Source: Guillardia theta CCMP2712 (Eukaryota; Protista; Cryptophyta). Taken from it: DNA of 64,000 bases. Below the pieces are notes generated by a model that was given only the letters and a program-made list of their open reading frames with translations, ran no database searches and had not been told where the DNA came from. Where the stretch lies: positions 277,864-341,863 of the forward strand of contig NW_005434609.1 in the NCBI RefSeq assembly GCF_000315625.1, given 5' to 3'. Both the position numbers and the translations under genes were made by a program. Shown here one piece after another: positions 49,651-62,225 of this stretch; within the stretch, counting starts at the first letter, position 1; every line of letters begins with the position of its first letter.

Positions 49651-52541
49651 ATGAAGCTGCTCTCCTTCGAAGCCCCCCAGCAGCAGTTCAGCTCTCGGCG
49701 GGGCCTCCAAGGTCTCCGACTCATGGCTGGGGGAGGGACTGACGGGCATGGCAGTCGGAGAGGAAGTCTCGAGATGTTGCGCACGATGTTACCTGTCTGT
49801 GCTCGGGACCCCTCGCCTCTGCGTCGACATCTTGTGAGCAGTGCCAGGAGCCCAGGGCGTCTGCCTGACTTGTTGGCGCAGCTCGCTGCTGGCTGTTCTC
49901 TTCTGCACATTCACCGTCCCGTACGAGATGGCCTACAATCCAGACAAAGACCCAGTCATGTGCGTACACGACAAGTGGATGGCGACTGTTGCTGATGCAT
50001 AGCGAACAAGAATCGGGATGGAGATGACAGTCGAGATCTTCTTTATCATCGAGATATTCCTCAACTTCATGACCACATTCGTGCACGTGCGTCCGCATAA
50101 CCATGTGCAGGATGAGGGGGGTGACCTGAGTCGCAGGAGGGAGATGAAATCTTTGATAAGGGGGCGATAGCGTTGAACTACATCAGGGGATGGTTCATAG
50201 TTGACGGTACTGCAGAGGAAGGGAGCTGCTGCTGTCGCTGAAGTCTTGCAGTCGTGTCCTCCATCCCCACGGAAACTATCTCGCAGATAACGATCATGGT
50301 CGACCTACCTCGTGTTGTTGTGGACAAGTGACAAGCTCGTCCCCGCAGACGATGAGCTCGAGCACGCAGTCCTCGGGATCGTTGTCGGCTCTCTATCAAC
50401 TCAAAGTCATCAGAATCATCAGGCTCGCCAAGCTGTGAGAACCTCTCTGACTGCTCCGGCAGCTACTGACCTTGTCTCCTCCTCGTGAACCCCTGCAGGC
50501 TCCGCCTGGCAAAGTTAGGGAAGATCATTGACAAGCTCGAGCTGGCTTACCCGGCCTCCACTCCTCTCTTCGGTCTCGGACGCCTGCTCTTCATCCTCGC
50601 TGTGCGTTGAGCCTCCGCCCCGAGCTAGAGGGTAACAGGAGGGAACAGGTGGTGGCGCATATCAACGCCTGTCTCTTCTACTGGATCGGGAGCTTGAACC
50701 CAGGCAACAGCTGGGTGTCCAAGTACATCTTCGGTTGCTGCGACACATCCATCACCCTGCTCACCGCTGAGGGGTAGGAAGAGACAACTTGCCTTGTGTC
50801 AGGGATGAAGTCGTATGTCTGTGATGTATGGAAGTAGATGAAGTAACTTGCGTCTGTGATGTAGGAGGTTGCCTGATTGAATGTGATGTTGCATCTTGTT
50901 TCATGTTCGTCTAGCATCACTGGTTGACTGACGACACCTTCTTCCTTCAGGTATGGTGAGTCTGGGACTGAATGCTACCATCCGAGTGCATTGCCCTCCG
51001 TCGAGGTCTTGTACGTCCAATCGATCTACTGGTCGTTCGTTACGCTGTCAACGGTAACAAGTCTCAAGAAGAAAGGAGGAGACTGAACGATCGAACCGCA
51101 GGTTGGTTATGGTGATATCACTCCCTGCAATGAGATGGAGATGATGTACACGTCGGCTGCTATGGTGAGAGAAGGTCAACAGACAAGTCAAGTGACTGTG
51201 CGAGAACAAACAGGTTCTCGGTAGCGCGCTGTTTGCCTACATCGTAGGAAGCATCTCGACAGTTGCGATGAGCGCCAACAATCAGGACCTCAAGGTGACT
51301 TGAAGAGGATGAGAGGCAGCGGATGAGGTGCTTGCAGATGAAAGAAAGGGTGCAAGTCATGCAGGAGTACTTGACAGAGAGAAAATTCCCTGCCGACATC
51401 TCAGACAGGGTGAGGAAGCATTGCATGAACAAGTGGAAGCGGACGGTGAGTTGTCGCTGCTCCTCTTGACTCGTCAAGTTGACTTGCTTCAAGATCTTTG
51501 ACGAGCAATTCTTGCTAAACGAGATCCCCTCCAAGCTTCGGTTCAGCTTGCTGCAGTATGTTCACAGTGACCTGATAGAGAACGTAAACCTGCTGAAAGC
51601 AAGTGAGAGTCGAGCTTGCTATGTTGCTGACCCGCCTCTCATGTCCTGCCTTGCTGCAGTCCACGTGGAGTGCCCCGGGGTGCTGATGAGTCTGCTGCCG
51701 CGCATAAAGGTCACCACCTTCCAACCCAACGAAGTCATCTTGGAGTACAACGACACCTCCTACAACTTCTACATCGTACGAGTCAATTAGCTTCTGCTTG
51801 TTGCTCATGCCCACTGCAGATCAAGATGGGAGAAGTGAGCATCCTGTACAAAGAAGCCGCTGAAGATTCCTGCTCGCTGGGCATGTGGGACAGTTTCAAC
51901 GAGGAGGAGTTCCTGAGCCAACTGAAGTCAGACTTCATGGTAACCCCCCCGCCCCCGCACGCTCCTGGCGACCTGACGAGCTGCTGTCACAGGCCACAGC
52001 CACTACCTTCACAGAGCTCCTGATCCTCCGGCAGATCGACCTGCAAGAGGTGAGAACAGATGAAAGAGTCTGTCGCTCAAGAGCAAGCAGGTACATGAAG
52101 CGCATCCCTACTTCGAGAGCTTCATCTCCAGCCACCTCGAAAAAGAGGCTGACAAGCATTCCAACGCTCGTCACAGCGATTGCTCCCTCAACGACAAGGA
52201 CGCGACTGTGACGCAGCCTGAGCCCACGGTCGACCTCGAGCTCCATGAGAAGGAGGTACATGGACTAGTGAAGGGAGGGAGGAGCTAGAGGGAGGAGCTG
52301 ACGTCTGTGCTAGGACTCGCAGCATTTCTCGCAGCTCTTCACCTGCATGAAGGCGCTGCATCACGACGTTGACGAGCTGTGCAACAGGTCCAGCCTGGTG
52401 CCTTCGGTACGGCGAGTCTCGTCAGTAGAGATCCACCAGAAGGAAGAGAAGGAGCGCAAGATGAGGTATGCTCGGGGCAGCCGTGCGAGTACTCGAAACA
52501 TTCTCAGTGTCGTCTCGCCAATCACCGAACCTCTCGTTTGA
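49651..52541 (+). CDS. voltage-gated K+ channel, EAG/KCNH/CNG-like, with C-linker and CNBD-like domain, many exons
   Basis: S1 LAVLFCTFTVPYEMAY, S2 FIIEIFLNFMT, IALNYIRGWFIVD, S4 KVIRIIRLAKLLRLAKL, S5 AHINACLFYWIG, pore YWSFVTLST|VGYGDITP, S6 LFAYIVGSIS, C-linker LLNEIPSKLR. Confidence 0.93.
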
Positions 52542-53052
52542 ATGAATGAATGAATCATCACTTATCAAATTTAATCAACGACCATTCAAAATATGGGTGC
52601 AAAAAAATCAGTTGCGTGCTTTCGTGAGCCGAAGCTGTAACTTCTGAAAACTCGTTCTTGCCTCTTCAAAATATTTGCAGACAGAAAAGCATCTGCACTG
52701 ATAAATAATGCCACAGGGCTGATTCAGAAATATTGGTCGGGAAAATGTGCACCATAGGCGACCTGAGCTTCCTCAATCGAAACTCTCACCCATAACTTTC
52801 CAGAAATTAAAAAAGTGTCATAGCAAGTGAAATATGAATTAATATTGCTGCAAAACCAAGAGGAAAATTATTAAACTAACAATAAAACGCAAATCACTCC
52901 ATGCTGAATTCACATCTGCAACCATCGCCGTGAGATGCTGCACTGCTCTGTCCTGCGCTGCACATGAACAACAAGACGCATCTTTTTCCAACCCAAAATA
53001 GAGCATTGCAGTGTAGACTTGCATAGAGATGAAGCAATATTATGGTGTCCCT

Positions 53053-54690
53053 TCACCATTCCATTGGAATTGAACCCTGCTCAGGACTGCAAAAAACCAA
53101 TGGGCGGTATTTCTCGTGTTTGTGCATCAGTCTGGAGGATCGAAAGTGCTCGATCAGAGCCTGCTTACCCTGTATCCGTGCATATGTGATCTCACAGACT
53201 TTCTCGCTGCGAAACCTTTCCCACCTTTTCCCAGCAAACTCCTTCACCAATGACAAAATACTGATCGGAGACTTGAAATTCAAAAAGGCATAGCCAAGGT
53301 TGCACTTGTTGCGAAAATCTATCGGAAGGTAGAAAAAATCGTATGTTCCAGCATGATTGACATCGATCAATTGAAGGAAGGCTCGTTGTGTATACTTGTT
53401 TGGAATGTTCCGGATCATCACGGTTGTTCGCGGATCAAGCCCACGAGAAAGAACAGTTGGATCAATCGCATACAGATCGCTTTCTCCTGGTCCTCCTCTC
53501 AAGAGTTCAAGCACAGAGCTTCGTCCCGCAGCGAGCGACGGCATTGGAGATGGTTTGTCTGCCAGAGGTCCTCCACTAGCTGCTTGGTTTCCGAATGGAT
53601 CAAATTCCACACCCTTAAAATTTGAAGGCGATAATTCAGAATCAGGCAACAGATTATGAATCCCTCCAAGGGCGTCTTCTTGAATCGGGGGATTTATCAA
53701 ACCCGGGACGGGCATAGGGATGGTTTGTGGTATAGGTTGGGGCTGCCCATTCATCAGAGAATTCCATGCTCTAGGCCTTTGAAGCTGTTCTTCAATCTTG
53801 CCACGAGGCATCATGAGAACAGTGCCATCATTCCCAAGGGTATTAAACAAACCTTGAACTTCAGAAACATCGTCCTCTTCCTCTGTTCCTATTCCAGCAC
53901 TTGCCACAGCCCTCGCAGTTGCAGCGACTTCCTCCTCCTTGTCCAGTACTTTCTGTGATATCTGAGGGGAGTTAGGGTCTTGCCACGAATTGGAAGAGTC
54001 CGGGAGCGGAACAAACATAGGCTGAGGAATCTCTCGAGGCCTGATATCATTCACCATCATGGGATCATGTCCCTTGGAATGTTCCCACATCAAAGCAGCA
54101 TCGTACACGAAATTACATGGAATGCACTCAGGTCTTAATGATTCGTAATTTCCATCATCAGTCACAACTATAGGGCGGTATTTCTCGTGTTTGTGCATCA
54201 GTCTGGAGGACCGAAAGTGCTCGATCAGAGCCTGCTTACCCTGTATCCGTGCATATGTGATCTCACAGACTTTCTCGCTGCGAAACCTTTCCCACCTTTT
54301 CCCAGCAAACTCCTTCACCAATGACAAAATACTGATCGGAGACTTGAAATTCAAAAAGGCATAGCCAAGGTTGCACTTGTTGCGAAAATCTATCGGAAGG
54401 TAGAAAAAATCGTATGTTCCAGCATGATTGACATCGATCAATTGAAGCAATGCTTGTTGTGTATACTTGTTTGGAATGTTCCGGATCATCACGGTTGTTC
54501 TTGTATCAAATTCAAGACTCCTGCTGAGGGAATCAATGTCGGTCACCAGCAATTCTTCTTGCCGTTTCATCATTTTGAATTCACCTGCTGATTTCAAGAT
54601 CATCTGTCTCCTCATCGGGATTTTTCTTTCTCCTATTCTTTGTCCACATCATCTCCGGCACCGTCTTGTCCACTGGGGGGAATGTATAGA
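53053..54690 (-). CDS. Mei2-like RNA-binding protein with two RRM3 (RRM_2) domains; further upstream exons likely, up to about 55377
   Basis: TTVMIRNIPNKYTQ...YDFFYLPIDFRNKCNLGYAFLNF...WERFRSEKVCEITYARIQGKQALIEHFRSS occurs twice. A probable intron at about 54520-54584 joins an upstream exon (...DDLEISR|SLEFDTRTT). Confidence 0.9.
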
Positions 54691-55409
54691 TCCTCACTGA
54701 CTAAATCGATTCGACCAAGGGAACCAGCAAGCTAATATTTCACAAGTTTGTTGGGTATATCTGTCCTTATCGACGCCATCTCCATCTGAAAAATGGCTCA
54801 CCCCAGAAGAGAGCTACAATGTCCTCCTTTGCTGTCAGGGCAAACAAGTATCAGATTACAATCAGGTCTAAACTTGATTGGCTTACCCGGCATGTGAGCT
54901 GCTGTACAAAATCTAACAGCAAATACGCCTATTGAGAACTTATCAGCCAGACGCTCTGATGTCGTACAACATGTAAAAGGAAAGAAATTCTTACAACATT
55001 ATGAAATCGCTTCAAATGCTCCCAGATCACAGGCAAAGAACGGACTGACGCATACCGAACAAACACCACAAGAGTCCACATGGTCTTAAGATGAAATACG
55101 ACCTCACGTACTGAACAACAATATAGACAAGTTTATCATCTCAAAAGTGCAGCATGGCAGCGATACATTCGCGATAGAATCATGGCAACACAGAAGGATA
55201 GTTGCAGGGTACTCCGACCCTTCCTGCCTGGAGTGGAGCATCAAGAAAGCAGCAGAACAAGTCCTAGCGAGACATCTAAACGAGGTTGCAACAAGAACAT
55301 GCACTGAGAACGTGGCGGGGAGGATGACATGAACTTCTTGTGCGCGCCTACCCCGCATCGACTGACCACGACGCCATGGCGCCCGCGGAAACCTTCGCTA
55401 TCTGTACCA

Positions 55410-57067
55410 TCGGATACGTGGGTGGGGTAGAATTTCGGGGGTGATCTATGGATCTAGGAGGGGTGGTTTTGAATGTGTTGAGAAGAATATCTGTATAGGG
55501 TGGGTACTTTTCTTGAATAAAGTGGGGGTGGTTATTATTCTTTCAGCCGTCATGGCAAGTGGTGAATAAAGACTTGTGGGTACTCCAGTTGGGGTTAGGG
55601 GTGGGGGGAAGAAAAAAAACAAGAAGGGAGACAAGGGGGGTGGTAACATGGGTAACAAAATTCTGGGGATGGACACTCAAATTAGTTTACAAAACTGAAA
55701 TATGTGTATCAATATTGAAATTTGACATAAATATTTGACAAAGAGGTGCTTTGGAGGCGAGATCGTTTCATAGGCCCTGTGCAGGGTTTGTGAAATTTGA
55801 GTTGGCATGAAAATTTTCCTTCTTGGTTTCATGTGGCAGATAATACAGTAAAATTTGTGACAGTATCATGATGAGTAAAGTATTATTATGAGATTATGGG
55901 CATATCATCAATATTGTTCCCGCCAACTAGAAATACGTTCATTGCGGCTGCAGGCATAGCTCTTTATAGCTTCTAGTACCCAGGTCATAGTATCATTTAA
56001 GGGTGCGTCATAGTGCTGCCTATATGGAGGGGGTCCTATCTTTTCACAAGGAAGGTGCTTGTTCTGAATGGCGTACATCATTGTTCCAAATTTCGAAGTA
56101 ATCCTAAAAGGCTTTGATCAAATTTGATTTTCACCATTACAATTTAATGATACAATATATATATTCCGCCAATCACCATTAGAATACATATTGGCGGGGG
56201 AGGGAGCAGGAACGGAAGAACGAAAGGGGTAGTTTGCATTTTCATATTGTAAGGGGTGGTGTTCTACCCCTAGTGACCTTTTTTTGATACCACAAAAACA
56301 CATCGTCAACAAGTAAACCTGTACCTACCCCCCTTTCCATGGGAAATTCTCCCTTCAAAGTAGATCGGTTGAGAAGGACTACCCGTACTTAAAACTCACT
56401 GACCCCACCCATGTTCCTGAGTTCAAACCCCTACCCCGAGCACCAAATAACATCTATATACACCCCACCCCCCCGTGACATACCACTGGGGCTCGTGACC
56501 TCACCTCCAGCCTGACCCCTCCCCCACCTTTTTTCTTATATTTTTTCTGTTATATATATCTTCGCACGTTATATATAATCTTGTTGGTAGTTCACGACCT
56601 TTTTAGACCGTGCACGGTGGCAACGGCCGGGCCCGGGGCGTGCCATTACCGTGACCGTGACACCGTGGCACGGCCCGGGACGGTGACCGGATGTCGTAGT
56701 GCCATGACTTTTAACTTTGCCCGGCGCCGGCGGCGCGGCGCGGCCGGCCGGCCCGGGAGACACCGGACGGTGACCGTACCGTACCGACGGTATACCGTAG
56801 TACGGTCGGTCAGTGCCGCGGCCCGGCCCGGGAACGCCGGGTTCCGAACGGTTCGGCCTGAGTGACCTTTTTAGACCGTACCGTACCGAGGCCTCACTGA
56901 ACCGTTCTGGCAGGCTTCAACCTGATCAGACTACGGCGACCGTGAGCACTGGCCCCCCCGGCGGCCCGAACTTCAAGGCCGGGCGTGCGTACCGTACGCC
57001 GGGTACTACGGTACGGTAGCCGCGTCACGCCGGGCTCGGAACCGTACGGTAGTAAGGTGACTCAGTG
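55410..57067. repeat. GGGGT-rich, AT-rich, ACCCC-rich block followed by a GC mosaic tract
   Basis: G-rich 55410-55680, AT-rich core, C-rich 56280-56560, GC mosaic 56600-57067. Confidence 0.5.
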
Positions 57068-57167
57068 NNNNNNNNNNNNNNNNNNNNNNNNNNNNNNNNN
57101 NNNNNNNNNNNNNNNNNNNNNNNNNNNNNNNNNNNNNNNNNNNNNNNNNNNNNNNNNNNNNNNNNNN
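57068..57167. other. assembly gap (100 N)
   Basis: Run of N. Confidence 1.
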
Positions 57168-57248
57168 AAACTCTCAGTAGTGCCGCAGAGCTGTTGAAGC
57201 AAGTTGCTGCATGTCAGTGCGAGACTGAGTGAGACCATGTCGTCATGC

Positions 57249-57825
57249 CGCACCCAACCTCTCCCTTCCAGTTCATTCCCTTCAACTTTCGCACCCAACC
57301 TCTCCCTTCCAGTTCATTCCCTTCAACTTCCGCACCCAACCTCTCCCTTCCAGTTCATTCCCTTCAACTTCCGCACCCAACCTCTCCCTTCCAGTTCATT
57401 CCCTTCAACTTTCGCACCCAACCTCTCGCTTCCAGTTCATTCCCTTCAACTTTCGCACCCAACCTCTCGCTTCCAGTTCATTCCCTTCAACTTTCGCACC
57501 CAACCTCTCCCTTCCAGTTCATTCCCTTCAACTTCCGCACCCAACCTCTCCCTTCCAGTTCATTCCCTTCAACTTCCGCACCCAACCTCTCCCTTCCAGT
57601 TCATTCCCTTCAACTTTCGCACCCAACCTCTCCCTTCCAGTTCATTCCCTTCAACTTTCGCACCCAACCTCTCCCTTCCAGTTCATTCCCTTCAACTTTC
57701 GCACCCAACCTGTCCCTTCCAGTTCATTCCCTTCAACTTTCGCACCCAACCTCTCCCTTCCAGTTCATTCCCTTCAACTTTCGCACCCAACCTCTCCCTT
57801 CCAGTTCATTCCCTTCAACTTTCGC
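57249..57825. repeat. minisatellite, 14 x 41 bp (CGCACCCAACCTCTCCCTTCCAGTTCATTCCCTTCAACTTY)
   Basis: Period 41 from 57249 to the last unit at 57782; few substitutions. Confidence 0.95.
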
Positions 57826-58573
57826 CTTCCGGGCATAGACTGAGCTTGTTCCGAAGCTGGCACATCATGAAACCTTCCATCCTTGACCTTGCACTTGCAG
57901 TTGTTCTTTCTCTCTTGCTCTGAGTTGTCTTTCTATGCAGCCCTTCCCTCGCTGAGACACCATCCATCCAGGCTCTGCTCACTGCGGCTCTTGTTCACCT
58001 TGCTAGCAGATCACTCCCGATCTTCCCGGTCCAGTTTCCTGCGCCTCCCTCCTTTCTGCACGCCTCCTGCATTCCTTCACCTGTCATTCCCGCTCCTAGC
58101 ATACATCCTAGGTGTTGGAGGGATTGGACTCTTGAAAACAATCACTTTGTGATCGAGCTTTTTGTGAAGTGCTGGATGTAAAGTGACTTGCTCTGCTCTG
58201 TTTCATGCCACTTGTCAGCTTTCTGACATGTCTTGTTTCTCCACAGAGATCATCTTCGACGGGCTCACACCACTATCATGGAGGATCGAGCAGTGTGGGA
58301 TCTGCACGTGATTTGATTGACATTACCTGCTGTGGTCTTTTCATTCAAAGCTTGCTGGAGATTCCGAGAAGCCTCAGGCACACGAAGCATGTGAGCAACT
58401 GGCTATGAAGCTCTCTCAATCTGTACATGTCACGTCAAAGCAGCGACTGAAAGGAGATCGGCTGTAACCTTGTTGCATCTCCAACTCTTCTTGTTAGGCT
58501 TGTACAAAGCACCTACAACGTCAACATGAACTCTTGATTTGCTTGTCTCAGAAGTTTTACTGGGTCAGCTTCG

Positions 58574-60929
58574 ATGGTGATTGTAATGTTTTACAAACGC
58601 TCAAGCAGCTTCGCCATACTCTTCTTGTCTCTTGTCAAGTTGCTGTCAGGACGCACTGCTACAAGCTCCATCATACAACAGAAGCCGAACGCCGCGAGCA
58701 TGGCGCTTCGCAGCGGGATCACCTGCACAGACTGTGGGCCGTACTGTCTGGCTACTAAGGTAAATGGAACGTGAGGACAAGGAAAGTCGAAGCGCTGAGG
58801 TCTGCCGGCAGCTAGCGAGGCCGATGAGGGGAGAATGCAAGGGATTTTCAACCTCCTCCTTCTACGACTCGCAGGTCAACCTGCCTGGTCCCTCCTCTTG
58901 TTTTGACGCGTCCTCTGACCTCAGGAAGGTGGGTCCAATCGGCTGTGGGCAGAAGAATCCTTGACGGTCAGGTACTGCGTGCAGAGCCAGGTAGATGCTA
59001 GCACCAGCTCTCTTGCCGCTCGATGGCGTTGACTCCTCCTCCCTCGCAGGCCTTCGCGAACCTCAGGGCCCAGAGCTCTCAAGCAAGGCTCTCCCAGCTC
59101 AACCCGCAGTTCCAGCAGTTCACCGAATCAGACGCGCAGTCGCAGTGCAGGCAGGTGTGGATAGACATTCGAGACCCTCCCACCTTCTTCTACACGTGCA
59201 ACGACCCGACAGGCAAGTGAAGGCGCGAGCCGAGAGAAGGAATGACTTGGTACTTGCACAGCCATGGAGGAGGCTCAGATCAGTGGGTTCACCAGCGCCG
59301 CCGCCTTCGAGCCTTACAGGGCTGATTTCTCAAGGGCCGTCGCGTCTGCTGTCAACTCCATGTCGTTGTCCAACAGCACCACCCTCCTCACCCCGCAGGA
59401 CGTTCACGTCAGGAACGTATTTGTCGGTCAGACATGCGCCAAGAACTTCAGCTCCCCGTGCACCTGCACCGTCCAGGGATCTAACGCCATCTGCCCCTCC
59501 AAATGCTGCACCAAGTTGCTGTCAGGCCCGGACCCCGGCATCCGCGTTCAGTTCAACCTGTCCTTCTCCAAGGACGTTGCGAACGAGCTTGACAAGATCC
59601 TCTATGCGTCCGACACGCTCGCGCTGGAGATCGGCAAAGTGTTTGGCCAGCTCATCGGGACGTCAGATGAAGTTCAGCTGAGCAGGGGGAGGGATGGGAG
59701 CGCATGCGGGGGGTCGCAAGACACGACGACGTGCCTAGCAGGAGATGTTTGCGGGCCCGTGACAGATCGGTCCAAGTTCACTTCCTTTGTGAGCACAGAC
59801 TGGTGGGTGAGGTACGACCAGCAGTGGTACGGGGGGGTAGTGCCGGCGAAGGAGGTCCTGCGAGCATGGTACTGCGCAAGGGACCCCAAGTTGTACATCG
59901 GGCAGGTGAGGATCGGGCAGATCGGGTCAGAGAGTCTGTTCCTTAACAACTCCAACTTGTACGCCAAGAGCGAGTGCGATGCTGATCACGGCAACGAGCA
60001 GTGCTCGACGGTGAATGCGACGAACCCTGTTCCCTCCGACTGTTGCGGATACTGCTTCCTGAGCAACATACACCTCATGAAGCTCTTCCAGTGCAAGGGC
60101 ATGCAGGACATTCTGCACAACCCTGTAGCAGTCAGCGTTCTCTCCCAGTACTGCCTCAAGACGCAGTTGTGTAGAGAGTTTCGACCTTGCAGCGGCAACC
60201 CTGTCAAGATGGGCGACCCCTTCCAGCTCCTGAACGTGGCGACACGAAACATCTACTGCGGTTGTCTACCGGCATGCCCTTCCGCTCCTCTCACTTGCTC
60301 CTCCTCTCGCAGACCCGCTCGACCGAGGATGCATGACCCCGTACATCGACGGCTCACCAGTGAACGCAAGCATGAATCTCTGCGGGTGAAGGGTGGGGGG
60401 TGGGGGTTGGGTGTGCCAACAATGAGTCTCAGGTACAAGAGAGCATGTGACTTCCGCCTCGAGACCCTGAGAGTCAGGAGTGGGTACTACGGCAACGACA
60501 CCTCTGTCTTCGCGCAGGTACAGCAGGTCAACAACCAGACTGTGGTCAACACGAGCATGATAGGTGTGCTCCTTCTCTATCCCTCTCTCCCCTCCTCCCT
60601 CTTTGTCTACCTCCCTCTTCCTCTTCCTCTCTCTGCCTCTGCCTCTGCCTCTGCCTCACTCCGGTTCCTTTCGCTTCTTGCTCCTCTTGCTCCTCGCTCC
60701 TTACTAAGTCAGGTCCTCGCTCCTGCTCTGGCTGACCTGTAGCTCTGCTGCAGTGGGGGTGACGTTGGCAGCTGCGGCCGTGCTGGGGGGGCTTGCGTTC
60801 TGGACATGGTGGATGATGAAGAGGAGAGAAAAGAAGGCGAAGGCGAAGGCTCTCAAGTCTCGGGAGAAATATTTGAAGAAGCAGCTTATACGGAAAGGAG
60901 GAGAGCTAATAGAGGACGACGAGGGTTGA
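58574..60929 (+). CDS. Cys-rich type I membrane glycoprotein, multi-exon
   Basis: Signal-like FAILFLSLVKLLSG, many Cys residues and NxS/T sites, C-terminal TM VGVTLAAAAVLGGLAFWTWW followed by a basic tail; GC-AG intron 59213-59261. Confidence 0.75.
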
Positions 60930-61022
60930 AACAGATGCTCTAGATGCTTCCTGGTTGCTCCCTCCAGCACACCCCCAACTCAGATACCTCTCCTCTCAGC
61001 TCTCAGTCTGATCTACTGGCTC

Positions 61023-61856
61023 TCACTTCTCCAGCTTGAAGGACTTGAGAACTTCTTCGACGCTCTTCTGGTTGTCGTCCCACTGTGCCTCCGGGCATTG
61101 CATGGTCAAAGTCACGAGCCAGCACGCCCCCGAGCTTCCCTGCAAGATGAGAAGAGAGAGGGGAGAGAAGGGAAGGGAAGGGAAGGGAAGGAGAGGGAGG
61201 AGGCTTCAGGTTGCAAGCAGCAAGCAACAAGTCAAGTCTACCACACTCGTCGTGAAGATGGTGGCGAGACGCTTGTCGTTGATGCGATAGTTGAAGATGT
61301 ATCCGGGTCCGCCTCCGAGGTTCGTCTGCTTCTGCGAGAGGATCTCGCCTATCGTCGAAGCCTTCTCGTTAGTCCCGATGATGTTCTTGGCCACGTCCTC
61401 GATGGTCCCGAAGCTTCCCAGCTTGGAGTAGTCGGGCTGGATACTGTAGGAGACCAGAGCGATGTTGAAGTCGTCCGACGTCGGGCTGCGGAAGGAGATG
61501 ATCTTGGGACGAGCGGGGTTCCTGTTTCCTCCAGGGAACTCCGCCTCTCCTTGAATCCATCCCTGCGGCACCTGAAACTCAAAACCCCTCGCATCGTCGG
61601 CGTATCGCGTTCCTTCCGCTGAGCAGGGAAAGGGGCTGACAACAGTACCAGCGGCAGCAGCGGCGGCGAGTACAAGAGCCTGACGTCGATCTAGGAGCAT
61701 CCGAGGGATCGCCATGGGCTGGGACTGCCGAGACTTCCCATCGCACATGTTGACTGAGACTGGACCGAGTCTCCGCGCCATGGAGCTCTGCATGGAGAAA
61801 CCATGGAGCGTCAAGGGGGATGCGGCCACGACAAGGAATGCGAGGAGAGTTCTCAT
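61023..61856 (-). CDS. PsbP-domain thylakoid lumen protein (PPD-like), 2 exons
   Basis: Signal peptide ending HG-F, transit region, Tat motif RRQAL..AAAAAA..CSA; domain GFEFQVPQGW, YSKLGSFGTIEDVA, YIFNY, LVTLTMQCPEAQWDD...VLKSFKL. Confidence 0.88.
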
Positions 61857-62185
61857 CTGACGGACTAGGATGACTGTTAGGAGAGGATAAGTCAGACAAC
61901 AGCTGGAGTCAGAAAAGACAGAGACTCGTGCTATTTCTGTGCAAAGTCGCCATTGTCGTGAGGCCAAGGGCAACTGTGTGCTAGCATCTAAGACAAGCAG
62001 TCCAACTAATCTCGTTCGTTGCTCTGCATACAGCAGAGTGGGGACTTAAGTCTTCTAGCTCGTGTCAATGCGAACCAACGTTTAAAGACTGTAACTAAGT
62101 TTACCTATCTGATAGTCATGGTATCAATCACCTGCAAGGAACTAGGGTCTGCCTCTATCTCTGTCTATGTGTCTCTGTCTCTGTC

Positions 62186-62225
<40 letters not shown>

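Noticed and set aside
57204-57923. Three overlapping ~200-aa ORFs
   Set aside because: Artefact of a stop-free 41-bp tandem repeat; also not CRISPR, since there are no spacers.
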